Shown piece by piece: positions 26,964-41,516 of a stretch of DNA of 64,000 bases. The DNA is from Mustelus asterias (lineage: Eukaryota): assembly GCF_964213995.1 (NCBI RefSeq), contig NC_135813.1:87730001-87794000 (forward strand), written 5' to 3'. A program made the translations under genes and the position numbers. Below the pieces are notes generated by a model. It saw only the letters and a program-made list of their open reading frames with translations. It did not search any database and was not told the origin of the DNA. The first letter of the stretch is position 1; each line of letters opens with the position of its first letter.

Positions 26964-28737
26964 TTTTATGGCGATTGAGGCCTTCCAATGGCTGAGCGAT
27001 GGGTCATCCTGGCATTCCTCTAACCCCATGGTAATGTGGCTACAATGCATACGAAGTACAAGATGCACTGCAGCAACTCACCAGTGCCTTTTCACACCGC
27101 CGCCACCTCACAAGTTCCACTCTGAGTCTCGCATCATCCCGCCTTGGAGCCATATCCCTATTCCTTGAATGCCATTGGGTTAAAAAATCTTGAAGTTCCC
27201 CTCAGACAGCACTATGGTTGTATCTGCACAACAGACTGTGACTGTTCAAGAAGGTGGCTCATTACCACCACCTTGAGGACAATTGGGGACCTTGCCCACA
27301 TTCCGTGAAATTAATTTTTAAAACTCTGGCAAATCTAAATATGAGGTGGCAACCTGGTGAAGCTGCAACACAGGACTACTTGCATGCCAAACAACATAAG
27401 CAGCAAGTAGTAGACCGAGCTAAGTGATTCCACACCCAAGGGATCAGATCGAAGCTCTGCAGTCCTGCCACACCCAGTTGTGAATGGTGGTGGACAATTA
27501 AACAACTCACTGGAGGAGGAGGGTCCACAAACATCCCCAAACTTAATGATGGGGGAGCAGCATATCAATGGGGAAGATCAGGCTGAAGCATTTGCTACTC
27601 TCTCCAGCCAGAAGTGCCAAATTTATAGAAATATCAAAACATAGAAAATGAGAGTATGCCATTCGGCCCCTCAAGCCTGCTCTGCCATTCATTATCCCGC
27701 TTCTCCCCCCATATGCTTTGATCCCCTTCACTCCCAGAGCTATGTCTAACTCCTTGGAAACTACAATGTTTTCTGTGGTGGTGAATTCCACAGGTTCACT
27801 ACTCTAGGTGAAGAAATTCTTCCACATCTCAGTCCTAAATAGTTTATCCAGTATCTTTAGATTGTGGCCCCTGTTGGACTCTTTCTCATTTCTCTCTCCT
27901 CCCTCTTCTCTCTCTCTCGCCCCCCCTTCATAGAGTTTTACAGCATGGAAAGAGGTCCTTTGGCCCATCATGCTACACTGGCCATCAAGCACCTATTTAT
28001 TCTAATACCATTTTCCAGCACTGAGTCCATAGTCTTGTATACTATGGTGTTTCGAGTGCTCGTCTAAATGTTGAGGGTTCCTGCCTCTACCACCCTTTCA
28101 GACAATGAGTTCCAGATTCCTGCCACCCTCTGGGTGAAAAAGTTTTTCTTCAAATCCCCTTTAAACCTCCTGTCCTTGACCTGGTTATTGACCCCTCTAC
28201 TAAGGGAAACGCTTTTTTCCCCATCTATCTCCCTCATAATTTTGTAGACCTCAAGTCAGATCTCCCCCTCAGCCGTCTCTACTCTAAGGAAAACAACTCA
28301 ACTGTGCTTTCGTATTTTTTTTACTTATTGGCTTTAATCAACGTTCTCTTTAAATTTAGCTTCTGTGAGCTGCTAATTTTTTTTTTACAGTGCAAGATCC
28401 TTTTGAATTTTTTTGCGTGGACATTAACAGTTTCTAACTTGGTGCAAAGACTATATTAGTATATCCAAGGCCACACCGTTTCATTGGCCGTAATGTTTTT
28501 GGGGTGCTCTGAGATTATGAAAGGCACTATTTGCAAGTGTTTTTTATTAACCAAGCTCCTCATCCTTTGAGAAGATTTCCATTACCTAATTTTAAAACCT
28601 ATTTTCTCTTTATGGAAGTTGGATGGTTATAAATTAATATCTAATCATCCCGATATCATATGAAAAAGAATTGCAGATTTTTAACAAACTATTGAATTTC
28701 TCCTTGTGGTTTTAGGAGACCAAATGAGATCTTTTAC

Positions 28738-28931
28738 CTTGTCCTCAACTGCAGCAAAGCGGAAGATCTGTTTTGCAATGTTTGCATTGGCTGGATTGAA
28801 CTCGATGGTCAGCAAGCGAGCACCTGATCTAAGCACACGGACCATGCGCAGGGCTGAGTAACCACAGTATGTCCCCAGTTCCAACACGGTTAATGGATTT
28901 GCCTCCTCCAACACTCTGTCCAAGATCGCAC
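28738..28931 (-). CDS. COMT: COMT coding exon 2 (SAM-binding motif)
   Basis: cag|GT GCG ATC...; GAILDRVLEEANPLTVLELGTYCGYS...FAAVEDK|gtaaaa; 194 nt, phase compatible with both neighbours. Confidence 0.96.
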
Positions 28932-29239
28932 CTGCATATAAATACATAACAATTACAATACAGAAACAGGCCATTCAGCCAGTCAACCTCTGTTGGTGTT
29001 TATCCTTCACCTGTTAGCGTTTATCCTTCACACAAGCGAATCACTCTGATCACGTTAATCCAGTGTTCCCGTTCACCTTCAACCCCTTTCTTTTATGCAG
29101 GTATCAAATGAAAAATGTTAAGTGCGTCGACACAACTTCTTGCTATGGGTTACTTCTTTAAACAGGCTAGGCAAGTAAACTGTGAGCCACAAGTTACATT
29201 GAGCTTTCTTTCATTTGTCTCAGTCATATCTTATTTTTG

Positions 29240-31056
29240 TCGCACACCAAAAAAAAACTTCTGAAATCTGTTACTGAAGAATTCCAGCTGCGATTATTGG
29301 AGCGATTTGAAATTGGGGAATCATAGTTCAGTATTCTTTCTTTGCAACTGTGCATTCAGTTTTGATCCAGCTCGCTTATTTTGCACTTCTTGGCAAGAAC
29401 CATGACAAATAGAGTAATGTTGTGCCTGTGTAGTGTGTCCAGCATTCATGGAAAACCTTGTTTGCAAATAAAGCTGTATTCATCTGCCAGCAATTCTTTG
29501 CACCACTTACTGACCCCAGAGCAAGATAATCAACTGCCACACTTTTAAAGATTTGAGAATTTCTTTGACAACTAAAATAACCTTTGGAACAAATTTGGTG
29601 ACTCTCTTCAGGTTATTCTCTGGTTCCCTTTGCTTGAGTTTTATGGTTGGTCATCATTGGCCAGGAGAGGATAGGATGGTTTGGACTATAGACATTCATA
29701 GATGTTACTTAGGTGGATTGAGTTGAAATAGTGTCATGTCCTTCAACATATTCTGTCTAAGCTTTCTATGCCATCTAACTAAACCCTTTGCTATTGTGTA
29801 GTGTGGAATATTCTCAGCCAGTTCATGAGTGTTTTACTGGATTTTTCTGCTGAATTTGTAATTAACATTGCCTAGTTTTTCATCACTTTTCTGTGCTGAA
29901 GACTATGACTCATGAAGGGGTATACCCCTGTGGGTGTCAAGGTGGTCATTGTTCATATGTGAACTTAAAATAGACAATTTGATTGCGGGAGACCTTTTAA
30001 TTTTCAATCAAAGTCCAAACATGCACACCTTTCAGCAAATGGAACTGGATAATAGTTATAAGCAGGAACTTTAGTTGAATTCCTTTTGACCGACTCATCC
30101 CATTGAAGCCAATTGTATGATCATAGGTCCCATTTTGGCCATCCTGAAGAGATCAACCAACTAAGCACAGACATGGAATCGTCCCTCCTTGCATTGCTTC
30201 GATCAGTACTGGAATGTGATCCAGTTTTTTTTTCCCTTCATAAACTACTCCTGTGAAAAGAAATGCACTCCACCATAGGTTGTGCGACAAAGTTCTGTTT
30301 GGGATTTGCCCCTCAGGAGCAAGTAACAATGTAGACTTATGTGGATGTACATTATCCTTGCTTACTTAACACACTTACTATGAATAATTTAATCTTATTT
30401 ACAAACGCAGACTTGCATAATGATGCCCTAAATCGATGTTTGTACTTTATTCTTTCTGTAAAACAATTTTCGCAAAGTATGGTGGCATCAAAGGATAAAT
30501 TATTCTGTGATCATATCAGTTTTTATATATTAAATTTGGCAGGCAATCTTCAATGTCCCTCGACTCAGTCTACCCAGTAGATAGCTACCATGGTAACTGA
30601 CAGGAACACTGAACTCAGCTCCACATTTCAGTTTAAGTACATTGTCTTCTGGTATGGTTCATTTATTATTTAAGGCATGGACTCCACACAGATTTTATCA
30701 CTGAATCCAGAATAATCTGACAGCTCATTGATGTGTCTGAAAATCCAAAATACTTTGACCAAGAAAGGTCACATTCATCGCACACCAAAAAAAGACTTCT
30801 GAAATCTGGTACTGAAGGAACTTATTGTCAGAACCCCAGCTGCGATTTTGATTCCCCAATCAAACTTGGGGAATCACAGTTCAGTATTTTTCATAGCGAT
30901 TGTGGATTCGGTTTTGATCAGCTCACTTACTTTGCACTTTTCTTGGCAAGAACCATGACAAATAGAGTAATGTTGTGCCTGTATAGTGTGTCCGGCATTC
31001 ACGGAAAACCTTTTTTGCAAATAAAACCATTCATCTGGCAGCAATTGTTTGCACCA
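29240..31056 (+). repeat. Diverged direct repeat of about 270 bp (29240-29505 and 30778-31056) in a COMT intron
   Basis: Shared blocks such as cttggcaagaaccatgacaaatagagtaatgttgtgcctgt. Confidence 0.9.
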
Positions 31057-31529
31057 ATAGTTGGTGTCAACATGCCTGCCTGAGCTAGAGCCAAGATGAC
31101 TTGGTCAACTTATAGCATCATGGAATCGTTACAGCACAAGAGGCCATTTGCAAGAGCAAATTTAACTTGTGCCATTCCTCAGCCCTTTCCCCGTAGCCCT
31201 ACAATTGTTGGCTTTTCAGCTGCTTATCCAATTCCCTTCCGAAAGCCATGATTAAATTTGCCTGCACCACCCTTTCAAACAGTGCATTCCAGATCACAAC
31301 CACTCACTGCTTAAGCATTTTTTCTCATGTTGCCTTTGATTCTGTCCTCTGGTTCTTGACCCTTCTGCCAATGGGAACAGTTTCTCTCTATCCATTCTAT
31401 CAAGATGTCTCATGATTTTGAACAATTCTACCAAATCTTCCCATAGACAAAGAACTGCAGCTTCAGTCTTTCTATATAATTTAAGCCCCTCATCCCTGAT
31501 TCTCAACTTTTTTGCACCTCCTCAGCCAC

Positions 31530-31965
31530 ATGAGGAAATATCAGACAGCTTGCGCCTGTATTCTTGAGTTTCAGAAGAAAGTGAGGTGATATGATTGAAA
31601 CATCTAAGGTTTTTTGAGGGTTAGACAGGGTAAATGTTGGGAGGATGTTTCCACTCATGGGAGAGTGTCGGACCAGAAGGCATAGTCGCATAATAAGGGG
31701 GTGCTCATTGAAGATCGATTTAAGAAAGAATTTCCTCTCAGTGGTGAATCTACGGAATTCTTTACCCCAGGAAGCTGTGGAGGCTGAGTCCTTGAATGTT
31801 TTCCAGGCTGAGATTGATAGGTTTTCCATTAAGTAGGGGAATTAAGGATTAGAGAGATAAGGCAGGAAAGTGACCTTAATGTGTGTTAGATCAATCATCT
31901 TATAAAATCGCAGAGTAGGCTTGAAGGGCTGAATGGCCTACCCCTGTTCCTATTTCTTATGGTCT
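31530..31965 (+). mobile_element. CR1 3' fragment
   Basis: FPLMGECRTRRH...VVNLRNSLPQEAVEA peptide plus CR1 tail. Confidence 0.8.
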
Positions 31966-32529
31966 TGTCTAATCTCTTCTCATTGCTATGCAGGGTTGGG
32001 GCACCATGGTATATTCTTAGTTGCAAAGGCCATGAAGCTGGCAATCCTAGTTGGGAAGGTCATTCATCTATAAAAGTAATATTCTTGATTGGGTCTGTAT
32101 TTTTCAAATGCTCCCTGCTTTGAGGAATAGGAAGGAATAGATTTTGTCCAAGGATAAGATGGGGCTTTAAAACAGAAAATGAGAAACGGTTAACCTTTTG
32201 GGTCTGGTGAAAGGTAACAGACCTGAAACGTTAATCCTCTTTTTCTCTCTCCATTGATCCTGCCAGGCCTGCTCATTATTTCTAGCATTTTCTGTTTTTT
32301 CAGATTTCCAGCATCTACAGTATTTTGCTTTTGATAAAATAGTTGTGATGAGATGATCGAAACTTCTGATTTTACTTCCTCACTTCTCTCTCGCAACTTG
32401 AGGCCTATCATCTCAAAAAAAATAGTTTCAGGATTTTGTCATCGAGGAGCTCTTTCCAAGATCATCATGCTTTTGATCTCTCCAACATATGTGAGCTCCA
32501 ACATCAAGTATTTAAAAATACTTTGTTGG

Positions 32530-33220
32530 ATTGTGAAGGGTTGATGTTCCGAGAGACTTGGGTGCACTTGTACAAGGTGCAGCAAACAATTAGGAAGACA
32601 AATGGCATGTAGGTCTTCCTCGCAAGTCAACTGCAGTACAAGAATAAGGAAGTCTCGCTACATTTGTATAGGGCTTTCGTGAGACAACACCTGAAGTACT
32701 GTGAGCAGTTTTGGTCTTTATGTCTAAGAAAATAAATATTTGTCTTGGAGATGTAAAGTACACTAGATTGGTCCCTGGAATGGGAGGCTGAGTAAATTGG
32801 GACCTATACTCTCTGGAATTTAGAAGAATTGAGAATTATTTCATTGAAAGTTACAAGATTATGAAGGAGCATATTAGGCTAGAAACTGAGGAGTTACTTC
32901 ACCAAATTGGGTTATCTGAAACATGGGGAACACAGCTCCAGGATAAATGGTTGACCATTTAGGACTGAGATGAGAAATGTCTTCATGGAGTGTTATGAAT
33001 CATTGCAGTTCTCTACCCTAGAGGTTTGTGGATGCACCATCATTGAATATATTGAAGAATGAGATAGATTATTGATATCTCAGGGAATCCAAGGATATGG
33101 GGAGCAGGTACAAAAGTAGAGTTGAGGCTGAAGATCAGCCGTGATTGTATTGAATGACAAGAACAAGCTTGAGGGGTAACATGGTCTAACTCTTTTCCTA
33201 GTTCTTAGATTCTCATTTTC
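32530..33220 (+). mobile_element. Degenerate CR1 3' fragment (its 3' part recurs at 1-500)
   Basis: Remnants of the cacctggagtactgtg...ttttggtc segment and CR1 3' UTR. Confidence 0.7.
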
Positions 33221-33830
33221 TTCTAACTTGAGGCTTGAAGCTCACTTTCAAAGAATGGTCAAAGCTTTATGTCAATGTGGATCCCAATCCTGAAATATGC
33301 CATAATTAAAATGCAAAAGAAAATCCATGCTGCAACAAGTTTAATGCGTAGCGCAAATCCAACAAAGCGGTGCATCAGTATCTTTTCCTCTTGAATAGCC
33401 CATTGTTTTAGAGAAAACTCTGAGCTGCTAATATCTTTAATATTTTGTTTGAGGGAGAAAATGCTTGGCGACTTTTGAGCCATTCAGTATTGTTTTAGAA
33501 AGGAGTGAATTATAACTAAATACAAATGTTAAATTAAGTTCTCTAGAATACTGTTTTGCAATTTAATTATTGCATTTTACAAGAATAAAGTTATATTTTC
33601 CCATATGTCCCTTTTGAAGCACCTTTGATCATACTTTTACATTGAAGGCACTATATGAGCTATAGTTACCATTATATTCATATCATTTAGAGTTTGGGCT
33701 GCACCACATTTCTGGACAGGTGTACAAAAGTTCAACACATTTTGAGCAAAATGAAGTCCTTACTGCCAAAATGTGCTTAAATAGCAGGGGTCAGATCTGA
33801 TCTTAGATTATTTTTCAAATAAAATTTTAC

Positions 33831-34113
33831 CTTTTTCATCCCCTACATTCATTGCCCACTCCTTCTCCCTGCAGTATTTGTCAATGTTGTCCACCACACT
33901 CTTTGCATCACCTTTCACAGCATTTTGCAGCACAAATTCTAAAATTCTCTCCTCTTTGCTTCTTCCGGTTATGAGCTGTGTCATTTTCTCTTTCAGGACG
34001 GTGTGCCAGAAAATTGCAGCTGTGCTGTTGTTCCGAACCAGGATAGGGAACAGTAGGAGAAGGAAAAGTAGACTTGCCACAAAGATGCCAAGGATTGTGA
34101 GATAGTCCAGCAT
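33831..34113 (-). CDS. COMT: Catechol O-methyltransferase (membrane-bound form), coding exon 1
   Basis: Translates [26 protein letters not shown] (signal anchor)...[14 protein letters not shown]...[10 protein letters not shown]. Acceptor tctctag sits directly before the ATG; donor AAAG|gtaaaa (phase 1); 283 nt. Confidence 0.96.
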
Positions 34114-37100
34114 CTAGAGAGGGTAAAATACACAAACTACAAATGTGCACAAAAGGAACAGGCTTGTTCCAAATTAACAATATTCATTAAATAATTATAA
34201 TCTATCACCAAGTCAAGTCCAGAGATGTGTGGGTTAGATAGATTGGCAATGCTAAATTGCCCCTTAGTATCAGGGGGACTAGCTAGGGTAAATGCATGGA
34301 GTTATGGGGATCAGGCCTGGGTGGGATTGTGGTCGGTGCAGACTCGATGGGCCAAATGGCCTCCTTCTGCACTATAGGATTCTATGATCACCATGGGCGC
34401 AGTGGCTGAATTCAGTTACCCAGTCCATCCAATTGTACCATCTCCTGCCCTGATTGAAATCAACTGGCCCTGCATTCACCAGGAATTGAATGTGGATTAA
34501 TATGGCTTCATCAGACACTGAAGTGGTTGAGAGGGAGCTATGAATGATCTACTTGTAGTTGGACTGTATAGTATTACAGTTCCTGCAGATGCACACACAA
34601 GAGTAGCAGTTTTCTGCCACCTATTTCGGTCCTTGTCAATGCTCGCCTGGTGACTATTAGTTTAAATAGTCAACTTGAATCTTGTATATAGAAATTAATA
34701 GAGACCAATAGGGAGAGAGAGCCAAAGGTTGCAAACTCTGGCCATGTTTCGGGAGGTTTCACCACATGATATCCCACCTCCAACAACCTTTCCCTCCCCA
34801 ACAGACTTCTAACATCATTTGTTAATATTTTGATAACTAACTAAAATGAAAACTACTCTCAATTAATTAAACATCCCCAATTATTTTTCTCCTGGGTTGC
34901 CATCCCTGAAGACTAATCTTCAGTTTGTGGGCTCTTCAGGACAATTCTGGAGAGTTGGCAACCCTCAGATAACCTCAACATCTGGCCTCTGCAGCCAGAT
35001 TCTGAATGAGTAAAGCAACAGATTACGAGTCAGAAGAATGGCGTTTCTTACCTATGCTTTTTCACCTGGTGAAAAGCCAGCTTTAAGCAGTGATTTTTCT
35101 TTGCTCTGCCAACCCTCCCCACCCCAGCAGCCGAATGATTAATTGTTCACACGTTCGCTGTAGATTGTCTATTCCTCGTTCCAGACAAATCTTTCCCCTC
35201 CCCTGCCAACATCTCCTTGTTATGCTGCCTCTTGGATTAAACAAAGTACGTTGTGTTTTGTTTGCTCGGTGAAGGAGCTGGTGTAATGGAAACATGCTTC
35301 CCGGAACATCCTGTTGCCACGGAAACATTCTGAAATCCCACTGGCACTAATAAATAACAACACGCCCTTACGGAAATACCGAAGTGCGTTTTTGAACAGT
35401 GATCTCTCAATTGTAATTACATTAATCCTAAAATGAGAGTACCTTTCAACGAATAATCATGTCAAAGATGTAAGGACAATCAATTAAGTTGTTCATTTAT
35501 CTTTGCACCCTGAATGATGAAAGTTAAATTCTAGACCTTAACTGTAAAACAGATTTATCACGGTAATAACAGTGGAGTATAGGATTACACTTAAATTACA
35601 TTCTTCATAAAGAAAAATAAATGTACAGTTTAAGCACCTGTACTTAATACAGGAAGTTACATTTACAGCTGGTAATTACCTTTTGTAGAAGCAGAATTGT
35701 TCAGTCCCAGGCACCTTGTTGAAAACTAGCTGGTTTATTAAAGATCATATTTGGGTCGAGTTTCTGAATGCCAATCACACACGATTGCATCATTCTACAT
35801 TCACTACAGCTGACATCTAGAAAGCGTTAAAAAGGTAACGTTTGACCTTTTCTACTGCATCGCCCGTGGGGGAGGGAGGAGGGAGCATTGCTTTGTTTTA
35901 GTGTCTCAGATTTATCTTTAGCCTTGCTTTATACTTCAAATTGTAATTTTATTTTTACCTTCATCCAATTCTCATCTTCTGAAGGCACTAAATTCACAGT
36001 GTGTGGTTGCAGGGAGAGTTTGACTGCTATCTTTTCCTGCAGCTGTGCACCCCACTCTCCGCCTTCGCCAGCTGGTCCATCACACTTGCCCCACATCAAA
36101 CTGGCTGCACCATTGTGGCTAAACACTTCTTCTCCCCTCTTCTCTCTTTCTCCGCCCCCCCCCCCCCCCCCCCCCCCGAGAGACAACAAGGGGGGGAAAT
36201 CCTAAAATTTCTCTCTCCAACCCCTTGAAATGGTAGAAAGCTGTCCAGGAGATCACATCGACCCAGTATCACCTTTGATGAGCAAGTTACCGGCATAGTG
36301 GTTAGCACTGCTGTCTCTCAGCGCCAGGGACCCAGGTTCGATTCCCGGCTCGGGTCACTGTCTGTTTGGAGGTTGCACGTTTTCCCTGTGTCTGCATGGG
36401 TTTTCTCCAGGTGCTCCGGTTTCCTCCCACAGTTCAAAGATGTGTGGAGTAGGAGCATTGGCCGTGTTAAATTGACCCTAGTGTCGGGGTTAGTGGGGTT
36501 ACGGGAATAGGGCCTGGGTGGGATTGTGGTCGGTGCAGACTCGATGGGCCAAATGGCCTCTCTCTGCACTGTAGGGATTCTATGATTCTATTCTATGATT
36601 CTGTGAATTGCCAATTATTATCTTTTCCGATCAGGGAATGGAATCTGGGGGTGACCATCCCAATTGTATCACCCACATTGTTACCATTTTGGGGGTTGAA
36701 TCTGTCATCCTTTTGATCTGTGAGACTCAGCCACACTAACTTCATCGATTGAAGCATCAGAGGAACCTTTTACTGAAATCGCTGAATTTGAGGGGAGTGG
36801 TCATTCAGCCCATCGTGCTTGTGGAGGCTTTTCTATCAGTTAGTCTGGCTGCCTTTTTTTTGTAATAGCCTGACAAATATGAATACTGATACAGTTTGTA
36901 TCTCGTGTTTTATGATTACTTTTATATTCAACCTTGTATTTATGATCCTTTTTCACTTGGGAGGGCTGTTCTACATAAATCATTTCAATTAAAGAAACTG
37001 CCATGACCAGTAGTTAACAACTGTATAATGCAATACCAGAAAGATTTACTATTGATGTTTAATATATTTCAAAGGCTTGATACATAACTTAATATACAAT

Positions 37101-38001
37101 GGCTCACAGTGGTTAACATCCTCGTATGGTTTGATATTATTACTAATATCAAACCATACGAGGGTGTTGACCATTGTGAGCCATCGTATATTGTAAAGTA
37201 ATTGATGATATAAATCTGCAGGATGAGTACAAGACAGTAGTTGGATCGAGTCCAATGCTCATTACAAAATTCAATCTTCCAAAAAGCATGCGCCAGATAA
37301 AGTGGCAATAGAACCGAGAGAGGAAGGATTTTTTTTACAGTAGTGCATTCTTATGACCTGGAATGTAATGTCAAGGATAGTGAAACATAGAAGTTAGAAG
37401 CAGGAAGAGGCCATTTGGCCCTTTGAGCCTGCTCCGCCATTCATCACGATCATGGCTGATCGTCCAACTCAGCAGCCTAATCCTGCTTTCTCCCCATAAC
37501 CTTTGATCCCATTCACCCCGAGTGCTATATCCAGCCGCCTCTTGAATACATTCAATGTTTTGGCTTCAACTACTTCCTGTGATAATGAATTCCACAGTGA
37601 AAACAAATTCAGTACAAAATTTGAAATGGAATTTGAGAAGTACTCGTTAAGGAAAAATTTATGGGTCCTTGGGGAAAGGGACGGTGAATGGATGCAATTG
37701 GATAGGTCTACTGAAGAGCTGGCACAAGTGCAATGGACATGAGGACCTCCTGTGTGCTATAATTCCAAGTATTGTGATTTTTAGTTAAAAAAATTACTGT
37801 GCTATATGTCCAGAAACAGCTCAACCGGAGTGTTGAACAATTCAATCAGTTTTGATGGCCTGATTTTGACTTCATAAAATTGTCTCTGGGTGGCAGTCTC
37901 CTGTACTGTTCATCATCTTACCAGAATCCTGGGTTTTAAGATTGAACATCTCTCTCTCCCCTCACATCTCTACATCTCAGAAAATCTCCTCAAACTCAAA
38001 C

Positions 38002-38762
38002 TGGACTATTATTTAAATGGTAAAAAATTGCAGCATGCTGCTGTGCAGAGGGACCTGGATGTCCTTGTGCAAGAATCACAAGGAGTTGGTTTACAGGTGC
38101 AGCAGGTAATTAAGAAGGCAAATGAAATTTTGTCCTTCATTGCTAGAGGGATGGAGTTTAAAAACAGCGAGATTATGTTGCAGCTGTATAAGGCACTGGT
38201 GAGGCCACATCTGGAGTACTGTATACAGTTTTGGTCTCCTTACTTGAGAAAGGATATACTGGCACTGGAGGGGGTGCAGAGGAGATTCACTAGGTTGATT
38301 CCGGAGTTGAGAGGGTTGGCTTATGAGGAGAGACTGAGTAGACTGGGGCTATACTCATTGGAATTCAGAAGAATGAGGGGAGATCTTATAGAAACATATA
38401 AGATCATGAAGGGAATAGATAAGATAGGAGCAGGGAAGTTGTTTCCACTGGCAGGTGAAACTAGAACTAGGGGGCATGGCCTCAAAATAAGGGGGAGCAG
38501 ATTTAGGACTGAGTTGAGGAGGGACTTCTTCACACAAAGGGTTGTGAATCTGTGGAATTCCCTGCCCAGTGAAGCAGTTGAGGCTACCTCATTGAATGTT
38601 TTTAAGGCAAGGATAGATAAATTTTTGAACAGTAAAGGAATTAAGGGTTATGGTGAGCGGGCGGTAAGTGGAGCTGAGTCCAAAAAGGATCAGCCATGAT
38701 ATTGAATGGCAGAGCAGGCTTGAGGGGTCAGATAGCCTACTGCTGCTCCTAATTATGTTCTT
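38002..38762 (+). mobile_element. CR1/HER1 LINE fragment (duplicate)
   Basis: Identical ORF at +32721. Confidence 0.9.
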
Positions 38763-41516
38763 CAAACCATAGGTGTCACATCTTGTATGTCATAAGCTGC
38801 AACTGAACGTGACTTCATGAAATCTGAGCATGATATCAACTTAAAGCATTTTTTCTATTGTTTTGATATAGCAAGATCTTAGCAATGACCGATGAGATGA
38901 ACGATTAATTAATGTTTGTTCTACTGGTTGAGGATTGAATGTTGGCCAGGATGTATTATTTGAAGAGCAGGACTGACTTTGAGGTAGATCAGCCATGATC
39001 CAGTTAAATGGCAGAGCATAATTGAGGGCTGAATGACCACCTCCTGCTCTTATGTTCCTGTTGTATTCCTTAAATATTGTAGTTGATTGTTGAAGACGTT
39101 GACTCCTGGATGATGATTTCAAGGATCTCATTACTCTCCATTACCATCCAGGTGACCATTTGTCTGTCAAAGTCCAAACAGTAAACTTGGCAGTCTATTC
39201 GGGAGTCGCAGCCAAGCCTGATACATCGTCACTTGCAGTGGGTATTGATGCATAATAATCAGGAACAAAAATCCGGCTGATTCATTTTTCCCTACATCTT
39301 TTCATGGGATAATCAATTGTTCTGCCTGTATTATCATCTTGGCCAAGATCGGTCAACTCAGTAAAGTGATTAATAAATAAACTTTACTTTTTACAAGTAA
39401 GGCTTACATTAACACTGCAGTGAAGTTACTGTGAAATTCCCCTAGTTGCCAGCACTCCGGCACCTGTTTGGGTCAATGCACCCTAACCAACACATCTTTC
39501 AGAATGTGGGAGGAAACCGGAAACCATGTCCCCAATGTGGGCTGGCACGGTGGCACAGTGGGTTAGCACTGCTGCTTCACAGCGCCAGGGACCCGGGTTC
39601 GACTCCTGGCTTGGGTCACTGTCCATGTGGAGTTTGCACGTTCTCCCCGTGTCTGTGTGGGTTTCCTCCGGGTGCTCCGGTTTCCTCCCACATCCTGAAA
39701 GACGTGTTGGTTAGGTGCATTGACCCGAACAGTAGAGATCATGGGTTGAATGTGGCACCCTGCCATGTTACACACCGGATAGATTCTGAGTGTTTTTGGC
39801 AACTTGAGCATTTCCTTCAATTGTACAAATCATATTTAATATTCAGATCCCAAAGCTATATAAATCTTTTGGCATTTGAAATGTTTTTATTGAGAAGTAA
39901 AGGATTTTTTGAGCAAATCGATTCACAAATGTGTCACAGTTTGTTCTGTCACGGAACGTTTGGTTATTCAATATCTTTGTTTTTGTGCTATTTCCTCCTC
40001 TAGTTAGAGATGGTGTTGCACTATAATAAACATGCATTTTCAACTTGCGACATCTCACCGTCTGGTGCATGCAGTTATTTAACAGCACCTGCAAACACTT
40101 GTATCAGAGCTTCCAAAACTGAATCGCAATGACGAGATTTTGAGGTTGTGAGCTTTGAGGGTGAATTTCGGATGGATTTCTGCTGGTTGTAATCCCTTGC
40201 TTTTTATAATGGTGGGTGCAGCTGAATGGACAGCTCTCTGAGGCCCAATTGCTGCTGCAAAAGAAGCCAGTAAAAAGGTGAAAGCAAAATACTGCAGATG
40301 CTGGAATCTGAGTCAGTAAAAAGGTAGGTTTTTTTTTGTAGAAAGCCTATTTCCTTAATAACCAGGATCATTTTACATCAATAATCAGGATCATAATGTG
40401 TTACTAATTGTGATTAAATTACAATAATTTGAATCCTATTGTATCAGCGATAAGGATTCTATTACATAATTATAATTGCTCACTCTTACTTCATTAACAG
40501 TCAGATTACTATTACATTCATAATCTGGTGTCCGTTCCATCAAAATCCAATTCTTATTGCATAAATAATGAGTATCCTATTTAATTAATCAGGATTCTGT
40601 TACGTTAATCAGGATCCAGTTGCATTAATTATACTTTCAATTGCACTAATAATAAACTGCAACATAATCCCTTTTTGCATTAATAATAATTATCCTGGCA
40701 GCTGTAGCCTCCCCAACCCCCCCACCCTCCCCCAGCAACACTCAGACCACCAACATTCTCATTATATGATCACACAAAGGAGTCTGACGTATTAAAATGG
40801 AATCACACCAGGAAAATGTTTGGGCAGCACTGACTTGTGTTATGATCCTTGCTCAGACCCTCAAGTTTTTGGTAAGAATCGTTTATGTACCAGTAACATC
40901 TTGTTTAAAATAGACAAAGGTTGAGATTCAAGACACATACTCAGAAGATAAAGCCACAAGACTCCCATGGGTTTTTAACAAACAAGAATAAATGTGTAAA
41001 GATGGGAAATATAAAACAATTCATAATGTCTAACTTATACTCTAACATTCAAGGTTTATGCAAAGTACATATAAGTTAACAGACAAACTGTGGTCAAATA
41101 CACCACACCATAAATGGCAGATGTGACCAAGATGAAGTCGAAGGATTTCTTAACCCACATAAATGTCAGTCACACTGAAAGTCGACCAATTTCACAAACT
41201 CTACCCCTCTCTCATGAGGGATTCCGTCTTCACCTTCGAAGATCTAACCTCGGAATTCTCTCCACAAGTCATTCCAACTTGGAGGGCCTCAACGACATCC
41301 AACCTCACGGGGTTTGAGTCTTGTCTTCCGAGAGTTTGTTCCTCTAATTCCCAAATCTGAACTCCAGCTACAATCACAAGCACAACTTCAGGTCTTCAGC
41401 CAAGCTAAGCAGATTTCTCCAAAGGAGTATCTTCATTCCAGTGACCTGCGGCATGGCAGAACCAACCTTCTGCTGCCATCTTAGGTCTTCAGGGCTTCTC
41501 CTGAGCACTTTACGAT

